Of a stretch of DNA of 64,000 bases, positions 44,114-57,919 are shown in pieces. Position numbers and translations under genes: made by a program. The notes below the pieces were generated by a model, which was not told where the DNA came from, made no database searches, and worked only from the letters and a program-made list of their open reading frames with translations. Numbering within the stretch: the first letter of the stretch is position 1; each line of letters opens with the position of its first letter. This DNA is from Eledone cirrhosa (lineage: Eukaryota), in assembly GCA_964016885.1 (NCBI GenBank), contig OZ024741.1, positions 17,174,001-17,238,000 on the forward strand, written 5' to 3'.

Positions 44114-44146
<33 letters not shown>

Positions 44147-44569
44147 TTAACAGTAGTAGTAGTTGTGGTTGTTGTTGTGGTAGTAGTAGTAGTAGTAGTA
44201 GTTGTAGCAGTAGTAGTAGTAGTTGTGGTTGTTGTTGTGGTGGTAGTAGTAGTAGCAGCAGTAGTTCTAGTAGTAGTAGTAGTCTAATTGTTTAACCCCA
44301 GGTTAGTACAGATGAAACAGTAGCGAATGTGCAGTGTGTGTATGTGTGTGTGTGAGTATGTGTGAGTATGTGTGAGAATGTGCGTATGTGTGTGTGTATG
44401 TGTGAGTATGTATGTGTGTTTGAGGAATATACCGCTGTTATTTCTAGCATTGTACCATTGTAGTGGTATAGGTGTAAGTACTAGTAGTGGTAGTAGTTTA
44501 AGTAGTAATAGTGGTAGTGGTGGTAGTAGTAGTAGTAATAGTAGTAGTAGTAGTTGTAGTGGTTGAGTG

Positions 44570-44618
<49 letters not shown>

Positions 44619-44660
44619 CAGCAGCAGTAGTAGTAGCAGCAGCAGCAGTATTATTATTAT

Positions 44661-44696
<36 letters not shown>

Positions 44697-44781
44697 CAGT
44701 AGTAGTAGTAGTAGCAGTAGCAGCAGTAGTAGTAGTAGTAGTAGTAGTAGCAGCAGCAGCAGCAGTAATAGTAGTAGTAGT

Positions 44782-44822
<41 letters not shown>

Positions 44823-44854
44823 TAGTAGTAGTTGTAGTAGTAGTAGTAGTAGTT

Positions 44855-44886
<32 letters not shown>

Positions 44887-46690
44887 TGAGTGGTTGTTGC
44901 GATGAACAGGTGGTTGTAAAAGTATGGCAACAGATGTGGAGTTAGAGGTGATGGTTGTCATAGCGACAGCGGTAGTGGTGAAGGTTGTTATGGTGACAGA
45001 TCTGGTGGTGGTGGGGTGTTAGATGTGTCGTTGTCATGGTAGCAGATGTATTATGGAATGTGAAGTTTATTCTTGCGGTATAGTGTTAGTTGTAGTGTTG
45101 GTGGTAGTACTGTAGTGGTTTAGTATTAGTTATAGTGTTGGTGGTAGTATTGTAGTGATATAGAGTTAGTTCTGGTGTTGGTGGTGGCACTCTATCGTTG
45201 TAGTGTTGGTGGTAGTGTTAGCTTTAGTGTTAGTGGTATAGTGTTGGCCGTGGTACCTGTGTTGGAGTGTTGATGGTAGTACTTTAGTGGTATAATGGTA
45301 GTGGTACCTGTGTTGGTGGTAGTACTTTAATGGTATAGTGTTAGTGGTGGTACTTATATTGTAGTGTTGGTGGTAGTACTTTAGTGGTATAGAGTTAGTT
45401 GTGGTACCTGTATTATAGTGTTGGTGGTAGTACTTTAGTAGTATAGTGGTAGTGGTGGTGTTATTTGTGTTGTACTCTACTGGCAGTGTTGAAAGTTGTA
45501 TAGTTTGGGTGATGGTAGAGTTGAAAGTGGTGTAGTGATGGTGGTGGTGGTGGTGAAAGTTGTGTTGTGTTGGTGGTGGTGGTGAAAGTTGTGTTGGTGG
45601 TGGTTTAGGTGGAGATAATGTAGTGTTGGGGCTGATGATGTAGTGCTGTAGTGTAGTGTAGTGATGGTGGTGGTGGTGGTGGTGGTGTAGTGTTGGTGGT
45701 GGTGGTGTAGTGTAGTGTTTGTGGTGTAGTGTATTGTTGGTGGTGGTGGTGGTGGTGTAGTGTAGTGTTGGTGGTGGTGGTGTAGTGTTGTTGTTGGTGG
45801 TGGTGTAGTGTAGTGTAGTGCTAATGGTGGTGGTGTAGTGTAGTGCTGGTGGTAGTGGTGTAGTGTAGTGTAGTGTAGTGTAATGTAGTGTAGTGTAGTG
45901 TAGTGTAGTGTAGTGTAGTGTAGTGTAGTGATGATAGCAATGTTATCGGTGGTTGATGACGTGTTTTATATTGTTGTTGTTTGATGATATTATTATTGTC
46001 GTCACTGCTGTTGTTGTTGTTGTCGCTGTTGTTGTTGGCGTCGTTGTTGTTGTTGTTGCTGTTGTTGTTGTTGTCGCTGTTGTTGTTGGTGTCGTTGTTG
46101 TTGTTGTTGTCGCTGTTGTTGTCGCTGTTGTTGTTGTTGTCGCTGTTGTTGTTGGTGTCGTTGTTGTTGTTGCTGTTGTTGTCGCTGTTGTTGTTGGTGT
46201 CGTCGCTGTTGTTGTTGTTGTTGTTGCTGCTGTTGGTGTCGTCGCTGTTGTTGTTGTTGTTGTTGCTGCTGTTGGTGTCGTCGCTGTTGTTGTTGTTGTT
46301 GCTGCTGTTGGTGTCGTCGCTGTTGTTGTTGTTGTTGTTGCTGCTGTTGGTGTCGTCGCTGTTGTTGTTGTTGTTGTTGCTGCTGTTGGTGTCGTCGCTG
46401 TTGTTGTTGTTGTTGCTGCTGTTGGTGTCGTCGCTGTTGTTGTTGGTGTCGTCGCTGTTGTTGTTGTTGTTGTCGCTGTTGTTGTTGTTGTTGTCGCTGT
46501 TGTTGTTGGTGTCGTCGCTGTTGTTGTTGTTGTCGTCGCTGTTGTCATTGTCGTCGTCGTTGTTGTCGTTGTTGCTGTCGTCGCTGTTGTTGTTGTTGCT
46601 GTCGTCGCTGTTGTTGTTGTTGTCGTCGCTGTTGTTGTTGTTGTCATCGTTGTCGTCGTTGTTGTCGTTGTTGTTGTTGTTGTTGTTAGT
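44045..46690. repeat. Compound (GTA)n/(GGT)n/(GTAGT)n/(GTT)n low-complexity block
   Basis: Read directly. Confidence 0.9.
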
Positions 46691-46778
46691 CTTCCCTTCA
46701 ACATGAGTCATTCATCATTTGGCATATTCTTGCACCTGCTGGTTTTCCGTACATTTCCAAAATTTCTTGTAGGCTTAT

Positions 46779-46850
<72 letters not shown>

Positions 46851-46865
46851 ATATATATATATATG

Positions 46866-46908
<43 letters not shown>

Positions 46909-47051
46909 AACTTGCACTCCTGCGTTGTTGTTTTTATATTCCTATATATATATATATGTATATATATATATACACACACAGATATATATATATACACACA
47001 CAGATATATATATATACACACACAGATATATATATATATATATATATTTAT

Positions 47052-47150
<99 letters not shown>

Positions 47151-47187
47151 TGTATATATATATATATATGTATATATGTATGCATAT

Positions 47188-47256
<69 letters not shown>

Positions 47257-48363
47257 CATATATATATATATATATATATATTTATATGTGTGTGTGTAGA
47301 AAGAGCAGCATGAGGCAGCTGATCAATATATACACATATATGGAAACACACACACATACACACAGACACTCACACACATACATTCACGCACACACACACT
47401 CACACACTCACACACATACACACACACATACACACACACATTCACACACACAGAAATGTAATATATAAACATAGATATGTGTAAATATATTGTTCAGAAG
47501 CTCCTTTCTCTCCTTACCCCCTCTCTCTCCCACATAGACACTCACCATTACCTCTTCCTCTCCTCACCCCTTTCTTCCCTACTCCCCCCTCTCTCTCCCC
47601 CTTACACTCACCAATGCCATCACTCATTCCACCCCCTCCCCTCACATACTTCCCGACGCCATGACACAACTTCGCAGTCGTTTTGGAAACTTCTTTCCAA
47701 ATTTCTTGATTATTTCCTTGTATATTATTTGATGATGATGATGATGATAATAGTGGCGGTGGTGGTGCCGATGGTGGTGATGGTGGTGGTGGTGGTGATG
47801 GTGGTGGTGGTAGCGGTGGTGGTGATGGTGGTGCAGATGGTGGTGGTGGTGGTGGTGCAGAAGATGGTGGTGGTGGTGGTGATGGTGGTGGTGGTGGTGG
47901 TGGTGGTGATGGTGGTGGTGCTGATGGTGGTGGTGGTGATGGTGGTGGTGGTGGTGATGGTGGTGGTGATGGCAGTGGTGGTGGTGGTGGTGGTGATGGT
48001 GGTGGTGGTAGCGGTGGTGGTGCTCATGGTGGTGATGGTGGTGGTGGTGGTGCTGATGGTGGTGGTGGTGGCAGTGGTGGTGCTCATGGTGGTGATGATG
48101 ATGGTAATAGCGATGACGTTGTTCGATGCGCAAAACTTGGTCAATTAATGCGTTGGTAGGGTTTGGTTGGGGGATCGAATTCAAACAAAATCTAGTCAAT
48201 TTCTATATCATAGCCATTTGTTAAAAGTTACACGGAGTCACCCCCCCCCTTCCACTACAGACCTTTCCTCTCCTATCTTCTCTTCTCCAGTGTTAAACGT
48301 AACAAACGATTATCTAGAGATATCTCGGTGTGTGTGTGTATGAGAGAGAAGGATAGTGTGTGA

Positions 48364-48450
<87 letters not shown>

Positions 48451-48597
48451 CACTATAAATAACCCAATATCGAGACATCAACTGCCCATAACCGAAATTA
48501 TATTCAACTGCAACGGAACAAACCATAGCTCTTCAGAGGAAACTACTCCCCAAATGTCTATAAAACATGAGTACTGCAGGCGGAAAATACCGATTAA

Positions 48598-49714
48598 CCC
48601 TTTAGCATTTACATTACTCTATATTTACTATTGTATTTTCACAGTAAAGGCTTTACCTCACATAATATCTCACATAGCATTTACATTACTCTATATATAC
48701 TATTGTATTTTCACAGTAAAGGCTTTACCTCACATAATATCTCACATAACATTTACATTACTCTATATTTACTATTGTATTTTCACAGTAAAGGCTTTAC
48801 CTCACATAATATCTCACATAACATTTACATTACTCTATATTTACTATTGTATTTTCACAGTAAAGGCTTTACCTCACATAATATCTCACATAGCATTTAC
48901 ATTACTCTATATTTACTATTGTATTTTCACAGTAAAGGCTTTACCTCACATAATATCTCACATAGCATTTACATTACTCTATATTTACTATTGTATTTTC
49001 ACAGTAAAGGCTTTACCTCACATAATATCTCACATAGCATTTACATTACTCTATATATACTATTGTATTTTCACAGTAAAGGCTTTACCTCACATAATAT
49101 CTCACATAACATTTACATTACTCTATATTTACTATTGTATTTTCACAGTAAAGGCTTTACCTCACATAATATCTCACATAACATTTACATTACTCTATAT
49201 TTACTATTGTATTTTCACAGTAAAGGCTTTACCTCACATAATATCTCACATAGCATTTACATTACTCTATATTTACTATTGTATTTTCACAGTAAAGGCT
49301 TTACCTCACATAATATCTCACATAGCATTTACATTACTCTATATTTACTATTGTATTTTCACAGTAAAGGCTTTACCTCACATAATATCTCACATAGCAT
49401 TTACATTACTCTATATTTACTATTGTATTTTCACAGTAAAGGCTTTACCTCACATAATATCTCACATAACATTTACATTACTCTATATTTACTATTGTAT
49501 TTTCACAGTAAAGGCTTTACCTCACATAATATCTCACATAACATTTACATTACTCTATATTTACTATTGTATTTTCACAGTAAAGGCTTTACCTCACATA
49601 ATATCTCACATAACATTTACCTTAATGTCAGTATGAGTGGCCAGTTGAAGCTGGTTTGAACATAAAGAGGTGAGAGAATTCTGGCCGGATACAGCTAGTT
49701 TAAATGTTAAAGGG
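48598..49714. mobile_element. piggyBac-type MITE containing a 72-bp tandem array (about 14 copies, 48603-49620)
   Basis: TTAA|CCCTTTAGCATTTA ... TAAATGTTAAAGGG|TTAA. 24-codon period in the ORF track. Confidence 0.85.
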
Positions 49715-49759
49715 TTAAAACCGTAATATAACGAAACAACTACTGCACCTCATTCAATA

Positions 49760-50290
49760 CCATATTTACTCTTAGTCCACCTTGTTCCGCCCGGAGCATA
49801 ATGCAACTAATCGTCTCCAATGCTCTCGGTCGGCGGCAGCTCGATGACATCTGTGTCAGGTGATGTTGACGGTTTGTAGGTCATTTTGGAATGTCCGCCG
49901 CCTGGTCATCTCCAGTCGACCTCTTTTCCTCTTGTCCTCATGGGGAAGTCCATATCATCACCGTTTTGAACGGACGATATTCTGGGAGGCGCAGAATGTG
50001 AACCGCAGAACGGAATCGATGTTCCGTGACGATCTCTTGCTATGTACTCGAACCTGCTCTCCCAAGGATCTCTTCCTTCTTTACCCGATCTCACCAGGTG
50101 ATCTTTAGAATTTTATGTTGGCAACTTTGATGGAATGTGTATAGACTCTTATCTATCATGGCAGAGCGTTAACGGCCGTAGATGGTCGTGGGAAGTACAA
50201 TGTTGGTGTACAAGCGCAGATTGATGTACGTACTGATGGCTGCGTTTGACCAAATCCAGTGCATCTTTTGGAACTGAACACACAACTTAT
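49760..50290 (-). pseudogene. RTE-clade LINE RT C-terminal fragment
   Basis: Frameshifted R-F-C-G-S-H-(I-L-R-L-P)...K-R-K-R-G-R...T-R-R segment typical of RTE ORF ends. Confidence 0.65.
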
Positions 50291-50437
50291 ACAGTCATTT
50301 GCAATACATACTGGAAAAGTCCACTCGATGTACATTTAAAGGGGGATATGTATATCATTATAAATTGGGCATTGATACTGCTGCCCAATATGTAAACGAT
50401 TTCAAGATAAGCTAATTATGTGGTGCAGAGAAATAAT

Positions 50438-50648
50438 GATTTCTAGTATAGGCACAAGGCCAGTAATTTGGGGGGAGGGGAAAGTCGATTAAATCGACCC
50501 TAGTACGTTACTGGTACTTTATTTTAGCAAACCCGTAAGGATGACAGGCAAAGCTAACCTCGGCGGGATTTGAACTCAGATCATAAAGGGCCGTAACTCT
50601 ATTCGTCAAAGCATGGCGTCCGACCCTCTACCGAAACTGCCAATCCAC
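50438..50648 (-). mobile_element. tRNA-derived SINE S1, longer-tail variant
   Basis: TSD GCA(G/C)AGAAATAATG on both sides. Confidence 0.9.
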
Positions 50649-50989
50649 GCACAGAAATAATGGCACAAAAAATATACTGGCTGAATGAGGTGATGTTAGG
50701 TTGCAGGCACCAACATGAAAATAAATTCATTTCTAGAAATGGGTTTGAATTGTATACAAAGTAAATATATCAGATAATAGAGTAAATAACAGAATACAAT
50801 AGATACTCATCTAAATAAACAACAACAATATAGATCAGCCAGAAGAAAAGGGGGTTCTGATTGAAGCATAAATATCCATCAATTTTGTATAGAGGAAATC
50901 AACTATATCCTGTTATCCTCTGTTTCATTGAACCTGGAAAGATTAATAACAAAATACCGAAAGAAATACCACAAAGGACTTCGTACAAC

Positions 50990-51250
50990 CGGGGCCGGAT
51001 TTAATGGGGAACACATTCTCCGGTCCCCTGCAGTGGGAGGCCTCACCAGCTGGGCCTTTTAGTTTTAGGATGGTTAGGATTTTTTAATTTAATACCTGTA
51101 TGTATAACTTTTCAATTCCAATTACTTGCGCCAAACTCACTTTGATATATAAAATTGTGGAGGGGGGTTGCTGTGTATTCCAATTTTTTTGTGTATGATG
51201 CCCCACCAGCTGAGTGCCCTGGGACCCCCAAGGTCTAAATCCTAACTCTG
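50990..51250. mobile_element. hAT-type MITE, second copy
   Basis: GGGGCCGGATTTA start, shared core ATAACTTTTCAA.TCCAATTACTTG with 17682-17934, degenerate 8-bp TSD. Confidence 0.65.
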
Positions 51251-51398
51251 CGTACGATGTGCTACTAATTCTAACAATGCAAGATCCTTAATAAAAGTCT
51301 AAAGATAACAGTGGAATATAACACGATATCAAGCGTTAAACTAATAAATGACTTTATTGTACTCTATTATTTGCTTTGTTGTTTTCCGTTTATATATT

Positions 51399-51482
<84 letters not shown>

Positions 51483-52149
51483 ACACACAGACATACACAC
51501 ACACACAGACACAGATGCACACACACACACTCTCACACAGACACATATATATATTCAAAAAACAAAAGGAAATAATAAAGCAAACGTCACAGCACAATGA
51601 AGAAAAGTATTAGTATTGATATAGTAGGAAAAGAATCTTAACGTTTTGGACGCTAGTCCTTTATCAGAAAATAGGATGAGAAATTAAAGAATAAATAAAT
51701 AAATAAATATATATACAGCCCCACATTATACCCTAACGGATAGTACGATCTATACGCGGATATTTTATGTCTTGATGTGGTAGCTAAGTATATGTTATGT
51801 TGATACCATTACTTATTTGCATAGGTAAGTATATATTACCTGTATGTTTTGTGAAGGTACGTATACTTTCTCGTACGTAATTTTGATTGTATATGTTATA
51901 GCGTATATTTTTATATATTCTGGTGTATATGCTTTTGGTTATGTGTATACGCGAGTTTGCGTCTGTGTGAGTATGCGGGTTCGTACGTATGTAGGGTGTG
52001 TGTGTATGTGTACTTGGTGTTTTGGTTGACGTACGTCTCCGAACATACGTGTATTTACATGTAGGTATGCGTGTGCGTTTGTTATATACGTATTTATTTA
52101 TTTATATACGTTTATCTAATTATTTGTATACACGCACACACATGTATTT

Positions 52150-52690
52150 ATTTAATTTCAATTATCTCTGTATTTTATTTACTTTATTCTTAACTCTGAA
52201 GCCGAGAATCATTCGGTTTCCTAGTTAGAATTTTAGTCTACGTCTTCAGCTATACCATTTACGTGGTTTTGTCTTTGCGTGCAATTGTTTTCCCCGCTCC
52301 ACATATGACGTATTATCTTCATTTTTTCCGTTCATTGCCAGAGAACGTCTCTATGAACTACCTAAGAGAATATTAGTCTACGACTTCTTTTATACCATAA
52401 ACGTGGTTTTGTCTTTGCGTGTAATTGTTTTTCACCACTCCAATTAATGACGTATTATATTCGTTTTTTCCCGTTCTTTGTCAAGGAACGTTTCCATGAA
52501 CCAAAGTATCGTCTTCCTGTCTTCCTCCGGTTGCAAAGTTTTTTGAAATATTCACTTCTGCGTTCACAGATTGACTTTGTTAGTTTCAGAAGATCCCGTT
52601 AAGGGTGAAAGCAGCGATTCTTTGTTTAAACTTTAATCTGTTATTTTAATGAATATTTGCTCTAGGGTTCTTATATATTTGATATATATA
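52150..52690 (+). mobile_element. Family B body with atypical HHR-like motif (52587-52620)
   Basis: Homologous to 59720-60163. Internal duplication of about 140 bp. Confidence 0.8.
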
Positions 52691-52919
52691 TATATCAATA
52701 TGTGGTATATATCAATATATACCACACATATATATATCAATATACCACAGCAACCTAAACCACACTACACCAAACATAGCATTACACTGTGTCACACTAC
52801 ACCACACTACACAACACAAGACTACATGACACCACGCCACGCTATACATGTGTCTCTCACGTGTAAAGCCGACCATATTTACAATTCATCACTAGATCAC
52901 ATTATATTAAGTAAATCTC

Positions 52920-52970
52920 ACTGTAATGCACTGGGTAATTGCTGGCCTTGTGCCTAAAGTAGAAACAATT
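52920..52970 (+). mobile_element. 5'-truncated SINE S1 tail
   Basis: 17-bp TSD ATTATATTAAGTAAATC. Confidence 0.85.
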
Positions 52971-53259
52971 ATATTAAGTAAATCACACGTGGGGCTTCTG
53001 TTTCTTATAATGTGTGGAGGTGTGTGTATAGGCTGTAATGTGTTGGTGTGTGTTTCTGTATATAGATGTGTGTATATATAAGTATATATAGATATGTGTG
53101 GGTTAGCGTGATTGTACACACATGCACATGCAAGTGTGAAACATGAGACAATCACAGAACAATTACACAGGTTTCTCACTGGAAATGAAAGGTTTACATA
53201 GCAACGAAGGATGTACATAACACTCATACATATACACATATACATATACACGTGTGTGT

Positions 53260-53296
<37 letters not shown>

Positions 53297-53300
<4 letters not shown>

Positions 53301-53397
53301 AATAAATATTTGCCCTACGGTTCTTATATATTTGATATATATTTATCCTTATCGAGCCCTCTTTGGATTCTAGTCTTCAAATTTATTATTATTACTA
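53297..53397 (+). mobile_element. Solo family B tail within (TA)n
   Basis: Matches 60064-60163. Confidence 0.85.
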
Positions 53398-53436
53398 TTT
53401 ATAAATATATATATAAATATATATTTATATATATAC

Positions 53437-53483
<47 letters not shown>

Positions 53484-53673
53484 TATATATATATGTATAT
53501 ATGTATGTATATATATATGTATATATATATATATGTATGTATATATATATGTATATATATGTATGTATATATATATATGTATATATATATGTACATATCT
53601 CTCTCTATATATATATGTATATATATGTATATATATATATGTATGTATATATATATGTATATATATATGTATA

Positions 53674-53736
<63 letters not shown>

Positions 53737-53789
53737 GTATGTATGATATATATATGTATATGTATATATATACATATATGTATATATAC

Positions 53790-53887
<98 letters not shown>

Positions 53888-53948
53888 GTATGTATGATAT
53901 ATATATGTATATGTATATATATACATATATGTATATATACATATATAA

Positions 53949-54151
<203 letters not shown>

Positions 54152-54634
54152 TGTATATTTTAAACCTTAAACAGTGAAGGTCAATAATTTATTACTACCT
54201 TATTTTTATTTTTATTTTTCTATACAAAAAATACCCTACCACTACAACCACCATAATACTCTTGCTTACCCGCTTAAAGTGCTTGCATTACCATTACATG
54301 TAACACTTGCCACACAATAATCGTATAAAAATGAGACACACTTGCATGCTCCACGTGTAGCTAACGCATACACTACCTACTAGACCTGACTATCAAACTA
54401 TCCTCCTGCATTATCTGTGTTATCTGCCGAATGTATTTTAATTTTGATTTTAATTTTAATTTTAATTTTGATTTTGATCATGAATTTGAATTTGAATTGC
54501 TGTACAGAAATAGTATAGTATAATATATGCCACTCCACTGTACATCAATATATATATATATATATATATATGTATCTGTATGTCTCTTGCGTTGGAAAGG
54601 AGGTCAATTATGTGTACAAACATTGAAAAATGGT

Positions 54635-54675
54635 CCGAAGACTCCAAGCCTAGGCTTGGATGAAACAATTGTAAG
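54635..54675 (+). ncRNA. Minimal hammerhead, U4C variant (family L)
   Basis: CCGAAGA-C-TCCAAGCC-ta-GGCTTGGA-T-GAA-ACAATTGT-A. Confidence 0.75.
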
Positions 54676-54716
54676 TGAATAAATGCTTTGAACATAGCTT
54701 TGATTTTTGTGAATTC

Positions 54717-54765
<49 letters not shown>

Positions 54766-55520
54766 ATATATATTTATATATATATATACACACTTATTAC
54801 CGCCCATTTTCACACATGCGAATGCAGAAGATCTGAATAATTTATCAACAGTTTTGTTACATCAGATAACGAAATATATGTTACCTCCACCACCACACTA
54901 CCACACCACAACATTACCACAACCACAACAACAACAACACTACCACCACCACCACCACCACTACCACCACCAATAACAACAACAAAAATAGCAACAGAAC
55001 CGTCACCGCCACCATCAGGGTCACAATGTCACCTCCATTATGATAATGCCCACCGCCGCCACCATCACCACCACCACAACAACACCACTACCACCACCAT
55101 CGCCACATTTACCAACATTACCCCCATCACCGTGCCATGGTGCCATCCAAGAGTGGTGTGCCATGTCTCAAGGGGAGACTGAGGTGATAAATGGAACATC
55201 ACTTTATAACTTCTGTATAGATTCAGTAGGAGACGTCAGAATACCAGGCACCTCCACCACCAACACCTCCATCATCACAAACTTCACCACAACCATCCCC
55301 ACCATCTCCATCACCACCACCAACGCCTCCCCCATCTCCACCACCACCACCATAGTCATTACTATCAAAGCCATCACTACAGTGACACCTCCCCTACTTT
55401 CACCACCACTACACACACAACCATCTCCTGCAACACCACCACCTCTAACACCACCAAAGTCACATCACCACACACACACACACACACACCACGTAGTTGT
55501 GTGTGTGTGCGCACCCAAAT

Positions 55521-55552
<32 letters not shown>

Positions 55553-55560
55553 TATATACA

Positions 55561-55773
55561 TAACGCACCAGAGTACACAATATTTAGGGTAGTAGAGTGG
55601 GTAATAGGAGAAAGTATGACCCCGACGGCAGAGCTCAAGCCGTTTTTTCACGACTATTTCTGGACTAAATTAGAATTTTTAGCTTGGTAAATATTTACCA
55701 CGCTAAAAATTCTAATTTAGTCCAGAAATAGCTGTCGAAACGGCTTGAGCTCTGCCGTCGGGGTCATACATTT

Positions 55774-55778
<5 letters not shown>
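55561..55778 (-). mobile_element. Family C fold-back element, centre 55692/55693
   Basis: Axis GGTAAAT|ATTTACC. Partial tail on the left. Confidence 0.88.
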
Positions 55779-55812
<34 letters not shown>

Positions 55813-55856
55813 TATATTTCGTTTCATGACTCTCCCAAAGTAAAACAATATATATA

Positions 55857-56290
55857 TATATATTATAAAGAAAACGAAAAATCAGTGATGCATCTGGACT
55901 TAGTTTATTTCGTGTTACAAATGTTTCGCCGGCATGTAGCTCGAGTCATGGTCCTTGTATGGATCTGGCTGATTCTACTTCTGCGGGTTCTTTCAGACAC
56001 GGGTGTTATGTCCGGAGCAAATTTTATCACGTGATAAAATTTGCTCCGGACATAACACCCGTGTCTGAAAGAACCCGCAGAAGTAGAATCAGCCAGATCC
56101 ATACAAGGACCATGACTCGAGCTACATGCCGGCGAAACATTTGTAACACGAAATAAACTAAGTCCAGATGCATCACTGATTTTTCGTTTTCTTTATAATA
56201 TATACACTCTACTCTGATGAATATCGAGTGCTAATTTTGGCATACCGCCTATGGAAGCACCATAGCTACCACTATACACAAATACCCCCC
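55857..56290 (+). mobile_element. Family F perfect palindrome (about 170-bp arms, centre 56030/56031), HHR in each arm (56060-56150 on plus), tail 56205-56290
   Basis: Identical ORF on both strands in the track. CGTGT-CTGAAAGA...GAA-ACA-tt-TGT-A-ACACG. Confidence 0.92.
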
Positions 56291-56293
56291 CCC

Positions 56294-56372
<79 letters not shown>

Positions 56373-56376
<4 letters not shown>

Positions 56377-56914
56377 AGGGTGTTAAAGTTTGCTTGAAGC
56401 ATTGTGAAATGTGTAAAATATGTAGTTTAGAAAGCCACAACAATGCAGATGGGAAATCTCGAGGTAGGAAGTGAGTGAGAAATAGGAGAAAAGTGAAAAT
56501 TGAGAGAAACGAAAATGAAAACAAAACAAAGGTAGAAGGGTTACCGTAGTGGAGATTTAATCCCAATATTTCGGGCTTACGCCCATCAACGGGGGAAAAT
56601 TCCAAAAGGGGGGGAACAGGCTAAGCCGGAGAAAGTTGTATTGTCGTTAAAACATAGGAATGCCGGCATTCCTATGTTTTAACGACAATACAACTTTCTC
56701 CGGCTTAGCCTGTTCCCCCCCTTTTGGAACTTTCCCCCGTTGATGGGCGTAAGCCCGAAATATTGGGATTAAATCTCCACTACGGTAACCCTTCTACCTT
56801 TGTTTTGTTTTCAGTTTCGTTTCTCTCAATTTTCACTTTTCTCCTATTTCTCACTCACTTCCTACCTCGAGATTTCCCATCTGCATTGTTGTGGCTTCTA
56901 AACTACATATTTTA
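56373..56914 (-). mobile_element. Family G near-perfect palindrome (about 250-bp arms, centre 56664/56665), variant HHR in each arm, tail 56373-56413
   Basis: Axis AATGCC|GGCATT. CCGTTGA-T-GGGC-gtaa-GCCC-GAA-ATAT-T at 56737-56764. Confidence 0.9.
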
Positions 56915-56936
56915 TATATATATATATGTTTATATA

Positions 56937-56979
<43 letters not shown>

Positions 56980-57012
56980 GTATATATATATATGTGTATA
57001 TATATATATGTG

Positions 57013-57061
<49 letters not shown>

Positions 57062-57065
<4 letters not shown>

Positions 57066-57254
57066 TTAATATAGATGAGATTCTACAGGACTAGAACTGT
57101 TTCATTCATTAGAAATCATCAGGAATCCTGATGATTTCTAATGAATGAAACAGTTCTAGTCCTGTAGAATCTCATCTATATTAAAACTGTTATACTCTGC
57201 TATGTATTGAGTACCTTACTTACTGTGGTTACCTCCGATTCAACCCGGAATAAC

Positions 57255-57255
<1 letters not shown>
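57062..57255 (+). mobile_element. Family D perfect palindrome (63-bp arms, centre 57125), back-to-back HHRs, tail 57189-57255
   Basis: ATCATCAGGA-A-TCCTGATGAT, then CTGATGA-T-TTC-taat-GAA-T-GAAACAGTTC. Confidence 0.92.
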
Positions 57256-57301
<46 letters not shown>

Positions 57302-57304
<3 letters not shown>

Positions 57305-57437
57305 CGAAGGAAGTGTGGTAAGGAACCAGATGGACCATAACGCACCAGAGTACTCAATACGTAGGGTAGTGGAGTGGACAGTCCAGAAATAGCCATCGAA
57401 ACGGCTTGAGCTCTGCCGACGAGGTTGAACATTTTCC

Positions 57438-57440
<3 letters not shown>
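57302..57440. mobile_element. Family C element with one arm deleted
   Basis: Reverse tail joined directly to TGGAC-A-GTCCA and a single arm. Confidence 0.8.
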
Positions 57441-57491
<51 letters not shown>

Positions 57492-57675
57492 AATATATAA
57501 GCAAATGAATGAGTGAATGAAAGAGCTACAAGCCGTTAAAACATTTCTTTATATAACTCTTACACGTGTTTCGCCCAGAAGGGCACACTACGCATCGGCT
57601 ATTGGGATTTAGTATTCTGTATCACACCTCTTTGTATCTCTCTCTGCTTCATCCTATCCTACGATACTTTAACCC

Positions 57676-57771
<96 letters not shown>

Positions 57772-57780
57772 GTATATATG

Positions 57781-57861
<81 letters not shown>

Positions 57862-57864
57862 ATA

Positions 57865-57917
<53 letters not shown>

Positions 57918-57919
<2 letters not shown>

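Noticed and set aside
48356-49659. 426-aa and 342-aa repeat ORFs
   Set aside because: Stop-free frames of the 72-bp tandem array inside a MITE.
55905-56156. Identical 65-aa ORF on both strands
   Set aside because: A consequence of the perfect palindrome, not a gene pair.
56214-56220. CTGATGA inside the family F tail
   Set aside because: No stem II or GAAA follows, and it is absent from the second tail copy at 18907-18931.
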